DNA of 64,000 nt, from positions 32,001-96,000 of the forward strand of contig OZ242010.1 in assembly GCA_965204745.1 (NCBI GenBank), read 5' to 3'. Within the stretch, counting starts at the first letter, position 1. Every line of letters begins with the position of its first letter. Position numbers and translations under genes: made by a program. The notes beneath the pieces are model-generated. The model made no database searches. It was given only the letters and a program-made list of their open reading frames with translations, and was not told the DNA's origin. Below are positions 52,601 to 62,551 of this stretch, piece after piece. This DNA is from Candidatus Latescibacterota bacterium. GTDB lineage: Bacteria > Latescibacterota > UBA2968.

Positions 52601-52843
52601 ATCTCGCAACCGAAAAAAATTATTCGCGGCGTGATCGATCTGGTCTATGAGTCGCCCGAAGGATGGAAACTCGTGGATTACAAAACCCACGCGGTGAAAA
52701 CCGATCGGGACGTGCGAGCACTGTGCGAACGAGCATCCGATCAGGTGAACGCCTATGCCGAACACTGGGCGCGGTTCACCGGTGAACCGGTCGCGGCAAA
52801 GGGCTTGTGGCTGACGGAACGCCGCGAATTTCGAGGCGTTTGA
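49637..52843 (+). CDS. UvrD-family helicase-nuclease (AddA/RecB-like)
   Basis: AGAGAGKT, VDEFQD, VGDGKQSIYRFR, HQAKGL, LYVAATRA and C-terminal RGVIDL..VDYK...QVNAY. Confidence 0.92.
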   Translation: MTLRDQQARDAIARVLDQNMMVLAGAGAGKTYALVQRMVNAVQTGVVAVDQLAAITFTRKAAGEMRGRFFSALKARAEEAEGEALGRVQRALEKIDHCFIGTIHAFCGQLLRERPVEAGLPPDFSEVEQREEAVMRREAWDRFVQRCFLAEDARLTRLEELGLRPEDLYGFFHRRCQFSDVPLAAGAMDKPDLSTAVSKFETFLAHAGAHIPNPLPGKRDRLQTALTRARLFLANQGIRSNADRITLLQMLGGNLGVTVKSWAPHGDFAKVLRDELLPEFQTEVLNPTLAHWRQYVYPFASAFVDEAVGEYAKTRRESGRLTFQDLLELAARLLRDHSEVRRHFQDRYRCLFVDEFQDTDPIQAEMLLYLTGEDLEETDWRELAPRPGGLFLVGDGKQSIYRFRRADVETFDLVRTRIVETGGRVVDLNTSFRSFGNLCDWINAAFEPLFAAHENRYQAEFAPLFKFKPDGRDDFAVRRISIDKVYRNHRGQIASQDADRIANFIAAALKGETEFNGAGEDAALCPKASPGDFLILTRTSGYLSAYAQALEERGIPFDITGGNRLGEADVLHALTDFLEAIYMPDNPLPLLAYLRGDLVGAGDDALYAFNRAGGTFNWTCDLPKDLDAAWQPMFEQAFDHLNKASKWLQSLSPGAAVARCVDMLGLLPFVRALPMGATHAGNLVRAMSLINEWSAAGLHWGQVMTELRALIHDSDYKVEQMTLTFGREGAVRLMNLHQAKGLQGKIVFLADPYDTSYTRHAPEFHVSRTTEDPFLALPITKPRGPYAREVVAEPVDWETAEAEEARFLAGEELRLLYVAATRAENLLIVSTYGEKPDAGPWSPLYPHLNPVPELTRYPKAEAPPLKTRSIAIQQDREAWGRAAQRESFEVVQVTDDRADVVVTDLDGVRGSAGGGIAYGTAIHRIFDDAINDRLPADPTSYVKHRLDEAGAGAEFLPRALDALQHFCNSELWAEVRRSERVYTEVPFAISQPKKIIRGVIDLVYESPEGWKLVDYKTHAVKTDRDVRALCERASDQVNAYAEHWARFTGEPVAAKGLWLTERREFRGV

Positions 52844-52876
52844 GGTTGTCATCGCATTTTTGGATGTCCCGTTTTT

Positions 52877-53167
52877 TTAACGAGGGATCAGCCGAATGTC
52901 CAGACGACAACCGACCGCGTCTGCATATTTTTGAAGCGTGGCGAGAGAAGGGGAATGTTTTTTGTGGCGTCCAGATGCTTCAAGGCGTGCGATAGCTGGC
53001 GTTTTGGTGCCCATCTTTTTGGCGATGTCAGCTTGAGTTAAACCAGCGTTTTTTCTCGCTTTGAGCATTTCATCAAAGAGCGCGAACTCATCTGCAAGCG
53101 CGTCGTATTCCGCGACAAATTCCGGTTCTTTCATCCACTCATCGATCATTTCTCGGTGTGTTTTCAC
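52877..53167 (-). CDS. XRE-family HTH regulator/antitoxin (orphan)
   Basis: RKNAGLTQADIAKKMGTKTPAIARLE...PSLATLQKYADA; GGAGG RBS. Confidence 0.85.
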   Translation of the reverse strand: MKTHREMIDEWMKEPEFVAEYDALADEFALFDEMLKARKNAGLTQADIAKKMGTKTPAIARLEASGRHKKHSPSLATLQKYADAVGCRLDIRLIPR

Positions 53168-53310
53168 GTTTGACCTCCTCTAAAAATAAACGATTTTCCA
53201 ATCCATAACAGATATTAACAAATTTGATAAAAAAGTCAACCCGCTGAGAGAGATATTTATCCTCAATTTGCGGGCGATATTGGACTGGTTGGATCCCCAA
53301 AAAACAGGAG

Positions 53311-53942
53311 ATGATCCAAGTGTTGACTTACGATCCTCGAGAAGCCATGCGTACCTTGTGCAAAAGCGATGGCATCCTCGGTCGCCTAATCCAACGGGCA
53401 GGGCCGATAACCATCGATCTGCCCAAAAGGTTAAATCCCTTTGACGCGCTCTTGCGATCCATCATCTACCAACAACTCTCGGGCAAAGCCGCCGCCGCCA
53501 TTCACACCCGGGTGCGCGCCTTGTTTTCTGGGCAACCATCACCCCCGAGCAGATGCTCGCAATGGATGATCAGCGGCTCCGCAACGCGGGCATGTCCCGG
53601 GCAAAAGTGGTTGCGGCAAATGATCTGGCGCGAAAAACCATCGACGGCCTGATTCCCTCGGCTTCACGCCTGCGCGACCTGTCGGACGCCGATATCGTCG
53701 CCCACCTCACGCGAGTGCGCGGCATTGGGGAATGGACCGTCCACATGTTCCTGATGTTTCAACTCGGCAGGCCCGACGTGCTCCCCACAAAAGACTTGGG
53801 CGTGCGAAAGGGATTTATGCTGACTTATGGATGGGACGCGCTACCCATAGAAAGGGAATTGGCGACCTACTGCGAACGGTGGAAACCCTATCGCTCCGTG
53901 GGCAGTTGGTACATGTGGCGGGCAGTCGAGCTTTGGGGTTAG
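53311..53942 (+). pseudogene. DNA-3-methyladenine glycosylase II (AlkA-like), frameshifted near 53536
   Basis: SIIYQQLSGKAA in ORF 53311 and RGIGEWT...GRPDV...WKPYRS in ORF 53553. Adding one base restores GQPITPEQMLA. Confidence 0.82.
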
Positions 53943-54006
53943 GCCGGGCGGACTGACTACTGACTACTGACTACTGACTACTTGTAGCACTGATCGGAGG
54001 CCAAAC

Positions 54007-54651
54007 TTGAGAAAGCGCGTGACCAAAGCCGAAAAGGCCGAGGGGATCGTCCAAATTTTGAACGAATTGTATCCCCATCCCAAAGGGCCGCTACAACACG
54101 ATAGTGCTTATACCCTGCTGATCGCCGTGCTGTTGTCCGCGCAGTGTACGGATGTGCGGGTCAATCAGGTGACGCCGATGCTGTTTGCAAGGGCGGATAC
54201 GCCGCAGAAAATGGTCGCGTTGGCGGTGGAAGAAATCGAGGACGTGATCCGCTCCTGCGGGTTGGCCCCTCGGAAGTCGCGGGCGATTTGGGATTTGTCC
54301 CGCATGTTGTTGGACGAGCACTGCGGCGAGGTGCCCCAGTCTTATGAAGCCCTCGAAGCCCTGCCCGGCGTGGGGCACAAGACCGCGGCTGTGGTGATGT
54401 CCCAAGCCTTTGGGGTGCCGGCCTTTCCCGTGGATACGCATATCCACCGCCTCGCGTACCGCTGGGGCTTGTCCAGTGGCAAGAATGTGGTGCAGACCGA
54501 GCGCGATTTGAAGCGCGTTTTTCCAATGGAAATTTGGAATGACCTGCATTTGCAAATCATCTTTTTTGGGCGCGAGTTTTGCCCGGCAAGAGGGCACGAC
54601 CCGCATCGATGCCCGATTTGCAACATCTATGGGCGCAGGAGTTTGTTTTGA
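54007..54651 (+). CDS. nth: Endonuclease III
   Basis: LLSAQCTD, LPGVGHKTA, VDTH and C-terminal Cys cluster. Confidence 0.93.
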   Translation: MRKRVTKAEKAEGIVQILNELYPHPKGPLQHDSAYTLLIAVLLSAQCTDVRVNQVTPMLFARADTPQKMVALAVEEIEDVIRSCGLAPRKSRAIWDLSRMLLDEHCGEVPQSYEALEALPGVGHKTAAVVMSQAFGVPAFPVDTHIHRLAYRWGLSSGKNVVQTERDLKRVFPMEIWNDLHLQIIFFGREFCPARGHDPHRCPICNIYGRRSLF

Positions 54652-54666
54652 AAACAGGAGCGCGTT

Positions 54667-55806
54667 GTGAAAATTCGAGCGATTGAGGTGTCGGTTTTTG
54701 AGTTGCCCGCCAATACCGGGCGGTTTCAAATGGAACAAGCTGGGCTGGGCGCGCTCAAGCGATGGGTGCGCCAGGGCACCGGGCCTTCTACTGAACACAT
54801 CCACGTTTTGCACGTGAAGACCGACGAGGACATAGCGGGCATTTGCACGGTGGGCGATGCGCGTTATACGACGATGCGGGCCGAAGACTTGGCACAACTG
54901 CGGTTGCTAACGATTGGCGAAGACCCGTTTGATAGGGAACGCCTCGTTCAAAAATTGCACCGGGCAACGCGCGGCATGTTCACGCGCCCGGGTTGGTTTG
55001 GCGCGTTTGACAACTGCTTGTGGGATATCGCCGGCAAGGTCGCGGGATTGCCGGTGTGCGCCCTCATCGGCCGGGCGCGGCGCGATTGCCCTGCGTATTA
55101 CAATTTCAAGAGTGGGTCAAAAGAAGACGCCGTAGCCGATGCGACAACAGCGGTGGCACGCGGGTTTGTCGCGGTCAAGGATCACTTCGGCGGCACGGCA
55201 GACGAGAATATCGCGTGTTTCCGCGCGGTGCGCGACGCGGTGGGCGACGCGGTCGATATTTTGCACGACGCGGCCGGGTGCGATTATGGGTTGCGCGACG
55301 CGATTCGGGTGGGCAAGGTGCTGGAAGAGTTGCGCTTTGGCTGGTTTGAAGAGCCGTTGCCGGATCGGGATCAAAAGCATTTGCAGCGGTTGTGCGCCGC
55401 GCTGGACATTCCCATTTTGGCCCCCGAGACCCTGATGCACGATGTGGATCTCAGCGCGCAATGGCTGATTTCCGGCGCGACAGACGCGCTGCGCGCCAAT
55501 GCCCGGGTGGGAACGACTGGGCTTTTGAAACTCGCGCATTTGGCAGAGATGCACGGCGCGATGATCGAACTCAATGGCCCGGGCGGGTTGTTTGGGCTGG
55601 TGCATGCCCATCTGGTTTGCGCCCTGTCGAACACGAGTTATTACGAGTTTTTCCCCGGCGGCTCTCGGGATATGCGCGGTCGGGAAATTGGCCTGCAAAA
55701 TCCCCCCATGCCCGAAGATGGCTGTATCGCGCCGCCCGATCTGCCCGGATGGGGTGCTGAATGGGATTGGGCGTTTTTTGAAAAACAACGGATTGGCACA
55801 TTGTGA
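54667..55806 (+). CDS. Mandelate racemase/enolase superfamily protein
   Basis: LWDIAGK..GLPV, WFEEP and PDLPGWG motifs. Confidence 0.85.
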   Translation: MKIRAIEVSVFELPANTGRFQMEQAGLGALKRWVRQGTGPSTEHIHVLHVKTDEDIAGICTVGDARYTTMRAEDLAQLRLLTIGEDPFDRERLVQKLHRATRGMFTRPGWFGAFDNCLWDIAGKVAGLPVCALIGRARRDCPAYYNFKSGSKEDAVADATTAVARGFVAVKDHFGGTADENIACFRAVRDAVGDAVDILHDAAGCDYGLRDAIRVGKVLEELRFGWFEEPLPDRDQKHLQRLCAALDIPILAPETLMHDVDLSAQWLISGATDALRANARVGTTGLLKLAHLAEMHGAMIELNGPGGLFGLVHAHLVCALSNTSYYEFFPGGSRDMRGREIGLQNPPMPEDGCIAPPDLPGWGAEWDWAFFEKQRIGTL

Positions 55807-55816
55807 GGAGAACGAT

Positions 55817-56554
55817 ATGTTGGCGAACAAAGTCGCGGTGATTACCGGCGGCGGCACCGGTATTGGCCGGGCGTGCGCGCTCCGGCTGGCGCGAGAAGGC
55901 GCCCAAGTGGCGATCAATTACTCGCGGTCAAAAGCCGAGGCCGAGGCCACGCAACAGGATATCGAAGCCTTGGGCCGAGACGCCATGGTTTATTGCGCGA
56001 GCGTGACAGACGATGATGCGGTGCGGGCGATGATGCAGGCGACTGCGGATCGTTTCGGACGCATTGACGTGTTGATCAACAACGCGGGGATGACGCATTT
56101 TGTGGATCTCGAGGATTTGGAGGGCCTGAAAGACGCGTACTGGTTCGAGATTATGGACGTGAATGTGGTGGGGTTGTTTCGATGCGCCCGCGCCGCGGCC
56201 CCGGCATTGAAGGCCAGCGAGGGGTGCATTGTGAATATCGCGTCTGTGGCAGGTATGACGGGCATGGGCAGTTCAATCGCCTACGCCGCATCCAAAGCCG
56301 CAGCCATCAGCGTGACCAAGTCCCTAGCCCGCGTGCTCGCGCCCGAGGTGCGCGTCAATGGCATCGCCCCCGGCGTCGTGCTCACGCGCTGGGTGGATGA
56401 CCACTTGGATCACGTTCAAAAATACGGCGACGCAACCCCCTTGGGCCGCGTGGCAACCCCCGAAGACGTCGCAGAAGTCGCCTATTCGTTCATCGCCAAC
56501 GCAGGCTTAGTCACCGGCCAAACCCTCATGGTCGACGGCGGGATGTTTATGTAG
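55817..56554 (+). CDS. SDR family oxidoreductase
   Basis: TGGGTGIG, NNAG, YAASK and VDGG motifs. Confidence 0.93.
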   Translation: MLANKVAVITGGGTGIGRACALRLAREGAQVAINYSRSKAEAEATQQDIEALGRDAMVYCASVTDDDAVRAMMQATADRFGRIDVLINNAGMTHFVDLEDLEGLKDAYWFEIMDVNVVGLFRCARAAAPALKASEGCIVNIASVAGMTGMGSSIAYAASKAAAISVTKSLARVLAPEVRVNGIAPGVVLTRWVDDHLDHVQKYGDATPLGRVATPEDVAEVAYSFIANAGLVTGQTLMVDGGMFM

Positions 56555-56931
56555 GTGAGATGGAAGTTTAGCCACAAAAGGCACAAAAGGCACGAGCGGG
56601 GTACAACTGGCGATAGCCCGTTCAAAGGCAGTCAGTGTGTAGCGTACTCACCCAAAGATACAAGATGCGAGGCATGAGGCGTGAGAAGAGAAAGGTAGGA
56701 GCGATGCCCCCGTGCCAGTGGCAACAACTTGGACAAGGCTGGCTTAACGGCTATGACGATTGGGTAGATGCTTGCTTGGAATGCCTTTACCGAAGTCAGC
56801 AAAGCAGATGCTGAAGGCATGGGTTGACGTGTTTTTAGGTCAGTAGGTTTTATTTTTAGCAAGCGATCAGAGGCGGATAGGCGGGGGCGGTCGCGTGGGG
56901 TGACTCTGCGCTTCAAACTGGGCGATCAACT

Positions 56932-57939
56932 ATGGCGATCACAACGGAAAGTGAATTGATGGATCAAATGACAACGCCATCTCCCGAAGTCATGGAGGCG
57001 GTGTCAAAATTGGATGGCCCCGTGATGATTTTGGGCGTCGCGGGAAAGATGGGGCCGAGTCTGGGAGAGTTGCTACTGCGCGCGGGTGCGGGCCGCGTGA
57101 TCGGCGTGTCCCGGTTTTCCAATCCCGCGGACCGAGACGCGATAGAAGCGCGGGGCATTGCGACCATCCAATGCGATTTGCTGGACGATGAAGCCTTGGC
57201 GCGCTTGCCGCAAGTGCCCTATCTCTATTTGCTGGCCGGGCACAAGTTTGGAGCAACGGGCAACGAGCCGTTGACCTGGGCGATGAATGCGGCCTTGCCC
57301 GCAAAAGTCATGCAACGGTTCCCCAATTCGCGCGTTATTTATGTATCTTCTGGCAATGTCTATGCCTTTGCGGCCGCGACGGGCACCGGGGCAACGGAGA
57401 AAGACGCGGTCAATCCGATAGGCGAATACGCCATGTCCCGCTTGGGCGGCGAGCGGCTCGCCGAATTTTATTGCAGAGAGAATGGAACGCCGCTGGCAAT
57501 TGTGCGTTTGTTTTACGCGACCGAGTTGCGCTATGGCATCATCTTGGACATCGCCCAAAAAATCGTAGCCGAGACGCCCATCGACCTGGCGATGGGATAT
57601 GTCAACCAAATTTGGCAAGGCGATGCCAATGCGTATTTGGCGCAGATGGTTCCGCTGTGTACCTCGCCCGCACGGGTGATCAACATGACCGGTAGCGAGG
57701 TGTTGTCCGTGCGCGAGTTGGCGTTGCAACTCGGCGAGCATCTCGGCATCGCCCCCATCTTTGAAGGCGAAGAGCGCGAAACGGCCCTGTTGGGCGACGC
57801 AAGCGCGCTGTTCAAAGAACTGGGCGCGCCGCGCATTCCCATCCAAAAAATCGTCACTTGGGTTGCACACTGGGTCATAAACGCCGGGCGCACACTGGGC
57901 AAACCGACAAAATACGAGTCGAGAACCGGGGCGTTTTAA
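56932..57939 (+). CDS. NAD-dependent epimerase/dehydratase
   Basis: LGVAGKMG, SSGNVY and EYAMSRLGGE motifs. Confidence 0.85.
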   Translation: MAITTESELMDQMTTPSPEVMEAVSKLDGPVMILGVAGKMGPSLGELLLRAGAGRVIGVSRFSNPADRDAIEARGIATIQCDLLDDEALARLPQVPYLYLLAGHKFGATGNEPLTWAMNAALPAKVMQRFPNSRVIYVSSGNVYAFAAATGTGATEKDAVNPIGEYAMSRLGGERLAEFYCRENGTPLAIVRLFYATELRYGIILDIAQKIVAETPIDLAMGYVNQIWQGDANAYLAQMVPLCTSPARVINMTGSEVLSVRELALQLGEHLGIAPIFEGEERETALLGDASALFKELGAPRIPIQKIVTWVAHWVINAGRTLGKPTKYESRTGAF

Positions 57940-58093
57940 GGGATGATCCTCACAGGACACGGACAGAGCACGACACGCAGATGGGAACTGGATTGGGCGG
58001 TGGCGGGGTTGCCTCACCTCTCACCTCTCCCGTCTCCCCTCTCACCGAAGGGGGTCGGGCGGGGTGGAAACCGACTACTGCTGGAGGAACGCC

Positions 58094-59389
58094 ATGAAAG
58101 CAGCAATCACCGAAGTGAACATCACCCCGCCCGTGGGGATTTCCATGTGTGGATTTGCCGCGCGCAAGGGGCCATCGGAGGCGATCAATGACGAATTGTT
58201 CGCCCGCGCACTGGTGCTGGACAACGGCGAAACGCAGGTCGCCATTGTCGGGGCCGATGTGATCAGTTTCGCGCCGGATCTGGTCAATCGGATTCGGGAT
58301 TTGGTCGAACAGGCTGTTGGGATTTCCGGAGATTGCGTTTTGCTCAATGGATCGCATTCCCATTCTGGCCCCACGGTGATGGCGTTTCGGAGCATGGGCG
58401 ACCGCGATGCCGCGTATGAAGATATCTTGTGCCGCAAGGTGGCCGGGGCCATTGCAATGGTCGCGAAGAACGCGGTGCCCGCATCGCTCTCGCACGGACG
58501 CGCGCCTGTGCGTATTGGGCACAACCGCCGCGAAATGCGAGCCGGACGCATTGTGCTAGGCCATCATCCCACGGGCCCGGAGGCGCCGTGGGTCGATGTG
58601 TTGCGCGTGGATGCCGCAAGCGGTGAACCGATGGCGGTCGTCTTTGCAACTGCGGCGCATCCCGTGAATTTGAACGCGCTATCGATCAGCGCGGAGTTTC
58701 CCGGGTACGCCGCTGAATTTGTGCGTCGCAATTTGGCGATGCCCTTGTTTTTGCAGGGGTGTTGCGGAGACATCAATTGTTCGCCCAAGGACGGGACTTT
58801 TGAAGGAAGCGCGTTGTTGGGCACGCGCTTGGGCGCGGCAACCCTGACCGCTGCGTTGGATGCCGAAGCCGTGGAGGGCGATGTGTTGACCGTGAACAAT
58901 CGGGTCGTGAAATTGCCCTTGATGTTGCCCGATATCGATGAAGCCGAGCACGCGCTCGCAGAGGCCGAGGCGAGTTTGCAACGCGCACGCGAGGATCAAA
59001 ATATCACGCCCTATCAGTTGCGCCAACAATACGAAGGCCGAGTCGGATGGGCAAAAGACTACGTGCAGGCCGCGCGAACAGGCGGCAACCCAACCGAGCC
59101 GTTTGCCATTCAAACCGTGCGGATTGGCAATTTGGCACTGGTGAGCTATCCTGGCGAGATGTTTGTCGATTATCAGTTGTCCATGGAAGACACTTCACCT
59201 TGCGATAAAACCATCGCACTCGCCTACACCAATGGGTGCATTGGCTACGTGCCAACCGCTGACGCGTACCCGGTTGGCGGGTACGAAATCGATCAAGCGT
59301 TTAAGTATTACGGCACCTTGATGATCGGGCCGGCGTGCGAAGACATCATCAAAACGACGACGATAGACATGCTCAACGAAATCGCATAA
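58094..59389 (+). CDS. Neutral/alkaline ceramidase-like hydrolase
   Basis: ITPPVG..MCGF, SHSHSGP, AHP, QGCCGD, PGE and GYVP...GGYE motifs. Confidence 0.8.
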   Translation: MKAAITEVNITPPVGISMCGFAARKGPSEAINDELFARALVLDNGETQVAIVGADVISFAPDLVNRIRDLVEQAVGISGDCVLLNGSHSHSGPTVMAFRSMGDRDAAYEDILCRKVAGAIAMVAKNAVPASLSHGRAPVRIGHNRREMRAGRIVLGHHPTGPEAPWVDVLRVDAASGEPMAVVFATAAHPVNLNALSISAEFPGYAAEFVRRNLAMPLFLQGCCGDINCSPKDGTFEGSALLGTRLGAATLTAALDAEAVEGDVLTVNNRVVKLPLMLPDIDEAEHALAEAEASLQRAREDQNITPYQLRQQYEGRVGWAKDYVQAARTGGNPTEPFAIQTVRIGNLALVSYPGEMFVDYQLSMEDTSPCDKTIALAYTNGCIGYVPTADAYPVGGYEIDQAFKYYGTLMIGPACEDIIKTTTIDMLNEIA

Positions 59390-59500
59390 CCCGAAACCGT
59401 CCATCTATGATTATGTCCCCGTGCAACATACGACACATCGACCCCATCCCGCGCTGAACACGCGCAAAAAATGTTTGACAGGTAGCCGATATGTTTTTAC

Positions 59501-60939
59501 CTAAACAGCCCGTAAAGCCCCCATGCTTCAGCAGGAGGATATAGTGTGGCTCTGCCGCAGGCTTTAGCCCTACAAACTTTTTTTTAACAAAATGCTATCC
59601 GCAGTCGTCAAAGTAGTGTCCTCTAAAGCAAAAGCCCTTTTTTATCTGACCTACGCCCGTTTGCGGACAAGGCTTTTGCTTTGAGGACAACCGCAAGCGG
59701 GCTTTGTTTTGGTAAAAAAATGGGCTATCAAACCTACAAATTCAAGTTGTACGACAACAAGCGACGCAATGCGTTTTTGCAGGAGCGTATCTCCGCTTTT
59801 GCGCCCGTGTATAACCACATGCTTGCTTTGCGTAGCCGGTACTATCGCAGATACGGTAAAGGGCTTTCTAAAAGCCAAATGCAAGCGCACCTGACCAAGT
59901 TAAAAAAGACACAACGATTTGCATGGTGAAATACGCTCCCCAGCCAAGCATTGCAAAATGTCGTTGAACGTATTTGCTTTGGCTACGACAAGTTTTTTGC
60001 AGGACAGAACAAGCGGTTGCCGAAGTTTCGTAGTTGGTTCAAGTACAAATCGTACACGCTCAAACAAACGGGCTACGAATTTCTTGACGGCAATCGTATT
60101 GAACTTGCGTTTGGCGTGCGTGGGCGTGTTAAGCGTGTGGTCAAGTATTTCAAGCATCGAGAATTTGATGCTAAAAGTGTCAAGACGGTCACGGTCATGC
60201 GTGACCGTGCAGGCGATATTTGGTTGTGCATCACGGCATTGTTTGATCGTGAGCCAAAAGTTGTATTTAAGACGGGCAAAACCGCAGGATTTGACTTTGG
60301 GCTCAAGCAATATCTCACTGTGTCCGACGGTACAACGCATGATTCGCCTTTGTTTTTTAAGCGCGGTATTCGCAAGGTCAAAAACGCCAACCGTGACTTG
60401 TCTCGCAAGCAAAAGCACAGCAATAATTGCGGGCGGGCCCGTCTCAACTTGGCGCGTGTCCATCGCAAAGTTGCAAACGCAAGAGAGAACCACCACTGGC
60501 AACTTGCAAATGAACTGTGCAAAAAGTATGACGTGCTTTGCTTTGAGATGTTGAACCTTCAAGGGATGAAAAAACTTTGGGGGCGAAAAGTCTCGGATTT
60601 GGGCTTTGCAGACTTTTTGCAAAAGTTGCAATGGGTTGCACAAAAGCACGGCAAAGTTGTTCAGTTCATCGACAAGTGGTATCCGTCAAGCAAGATGTGT
60701 AACGCTTGCGGGACGGTCAATAAGACCTTGCACCTGCGAGACCGTGTGTTCAACTGCAAATGCGGTTGGACATGTGACCGAGACTATAACGCCGCGCTTA
60801 ATATCCACAAGGTTGGGGAGACAACCTTTGCAGGAGAGACCGTAAGACGCTTGTCTGCATGAAGGCGCAGTCTTGTCGATAGCACAACCTACGCTGAAGT
60901 GGGGCTGATGCCCTGATGCTTCAGCGCGGGGTTCTTCAC
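59501..60939 (+). mobile_element. IS200/IS605-family element, tnpB only (IS1341-like, non-autonomous)
   Basis: Left end TTAC|...AAAG-CCCC..GCTTCAGC..GG and right end GATG-CCC..GCTTCAGC..GGGG..TCAC|; no tnpA seen. Confidence 0.85.
59720..60862 (+). pseudogene. tnpB: RNA-guided endonuclease TnpB with in-frame TGA at 59927-59929
   Basis: TYKFKLY N-terminus; RuvC GFDFG, FEML and DRDYNAALNI; zinc finger CNAC..CKCG. ORFs 59681 and 59951 share one frame. Confidence 0.9.
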
Positions 60940-61020
60940 CTACCAGAGAGTTAGAAGCTGTCTTAAAACGAAATCGGATCCCTCCCCTAGCCTTATTCCC
61001 CCTTCTACCCGGAGAACGCA

Positions 61021-62208
61021 ATGCGTAGAAAAATGATCCTCCCCGTCTTGACCGCGCTGATGCCCATTTTGGCATACGCGCAATCCAATGTCGATATCGA
61101 CTTCGACGACAATGGCGTCGTTGACTTCCGCGATTTTTTGGCCTTAGTGCAAGCCTTTGGCTCGGACCAAGAACCGTATGACCTGCACCCGGATGGCGTG
61201 GTTGATTTCAAAGATTTCCTCATTTTCGCAGAGGCTTATGGTCAGCGAGACACGTCTGCGGCCGGCCCGGTTACCGAGCGGGTCGATGAGCGAGAAGCCT
61301 CTGCTCAGGTCGAGTTCTTTGAACTGTCGACGAACAGCCGCCCAAACGATTTGGCGGTTGACCCGCGAGGATATGTATGGTTCACAGAAATGGGCACGAA
61401 TGCGATTGGTCGCTTAGAGTCGAGCACGGGAGAGATTGACCGATTTCCTCTGACCACGCCCGGAGCGCAACCGCACAGCATCGTTTTGGGCAACCGAGGG
61501 CGCGTGTGGTTCACGGAAGTTGTCGCCAATCGCATCGGTCGCCTGGATTCCTTCTCTGACGAGATCCAGACCTTCACGATCCCAACCCCGGGCAGCCGGC
61601 CCACGAGTTTGCGTTTTGACGATCAAGACATGCTCTGGTTTATCGCGAGTGCCGCGGATCACATTGGCCGGTTGAATCCCACCACCGGGGCGATTGACGA
61701 ATTTCCGATCAGTGATCGAGATGTCGAGCTTTCGCAACTTCAGATCGGTCAAAATGGGCAACTCTGGTTCGCGGATCAGGTGCGAGATCAGTTGGGGATG
61801 CTCAACCCCACCAACGGACAAGTGATGACCTTCGAGCTTCCAAACGGCGGTCTCGACCTTGGGCAAATGGCATTGGCTTCAGATGGTCGGGTGTGGTTTG
61901 TAGATACGCATTTGCGAAGGCTGGGCATGTTTGATCCCGCCAATAGCCAGACGCGCTTTTTTCAGTTGCCCACAAAAATGAGATCCCCTTCTGCTTTGCA
62001 CGTCGATATGAATGACCGCGTCTGGATCGGTGGGCGGTTGTCGAAATGGTTGGTCAATTTTGATTGGCAAGATCAAAAGTTCACGGTTTACGAACTTCCC
62101 GATTCGAGAATTGCAGTCGAAAATTTGCGCGTTGACCGCACGGGGGTTGTCTGGCTCGTCGATTCAGTCGGAAATCGGATTGTACGCATTGAAACGCCGC
62201 ATTTTTGA
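61021..62208 (+). CDS. Secreted dockerin/EF-hand-like pair fused to Vgb-lyase-like beta-propeller
   Basis: Signal peptide; DFDDNGVVDFRDFL and DLHPDGVVDFKDFL; about 7 blades of the form P..L..D..G.VWF. Confidence 0.8.
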   Translation: MRRKMILPVLTALMPILAYAQSNVDIDFDDNGVVDFRDFLALVQAFGSDQEPYDLHPDGVVDFKDFLIFAEAYGQRDTSAAGPVTERVDEREASAQVEFFELSTNSRPNDLAVDPRGYVWFTEMGTNAIGRLESSTGEIDRFPLTTPGAQPHSIVLGNRGRVWFTEVVANRIGRLDSFSDEIQTFTIPTPGSRPTSLRFDDQDMLWFIASAADHIGRLNPTTGAIDEFPISDRDVELSQLQIGQNGQLWFADQVRDQLGMLNPTNGQVMTFELPNGGLDLGQMALASDGRVWFVDTHLRRLGMFDPANSQTRFFQLPTKMRSPSALHVDMNDRVWIGGRLSKWLVNFDWQDQKFTVYELPDSRIAVENLRVDRTGVVWLVDSVGNRIVRIETPHF

Positions 62209-62239
62209 CATTTACCCTTTATCGCTAAACGGAGGGTTT

Positions 62240-62485
62240 ATGGCTACTCTGACGTTTGATACCCATGCCTTTGTCAAGGAACTGACGCAGGCCGGGATGC
62301 CTGAAGAACAAGCCGAAGTGCTGGCGCGGTCTCAAGCCGCATTGATTGATGAAAAGCTGGCGACCAAGCGGGATTTGAAAGAACTGGAATTGCGGTTGAA
62401 GCACGACCTGACATTGCGGCTCGGCTCGATGATGGTCGTCGCTATCGGCGTGGTTGTTGCTTTGGTGAAACTTCTGTCAGGGTGA
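62240..62485 (+). CDS. DUF1640/CCDC90-like coiled-coil membrane protein, copy 1 (81 aa)
   Basis: FDTHAFVKEL..AGMPEEQAE head, LATKxD neck, short stalk and C-terminal TM helix; GGAGG RBS. Confidence 0.88.
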   Translation: MATLTFDTHAFVKELTQAGMPEEQAEVLARSQAALIDEKLATKRDLKELELRLKHDLTLRLGSMMVVAIGVVVALVKLLSG

Positions 62486-62551
62486 TTCTATCTAAACTGC
62501 TGAGTTCGGTCGTACTGTGCTGATGTTCATTTTTTTCAACTGGAGGATTTT

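Noticed and set aside
59927-59929. TGA recoding (Trp or Sec) in tnpB
   Set aside because: TGA is the normal stop of many genes here, including ATGA overlaps, so a nonsense mutation or sequencing error is simpler.
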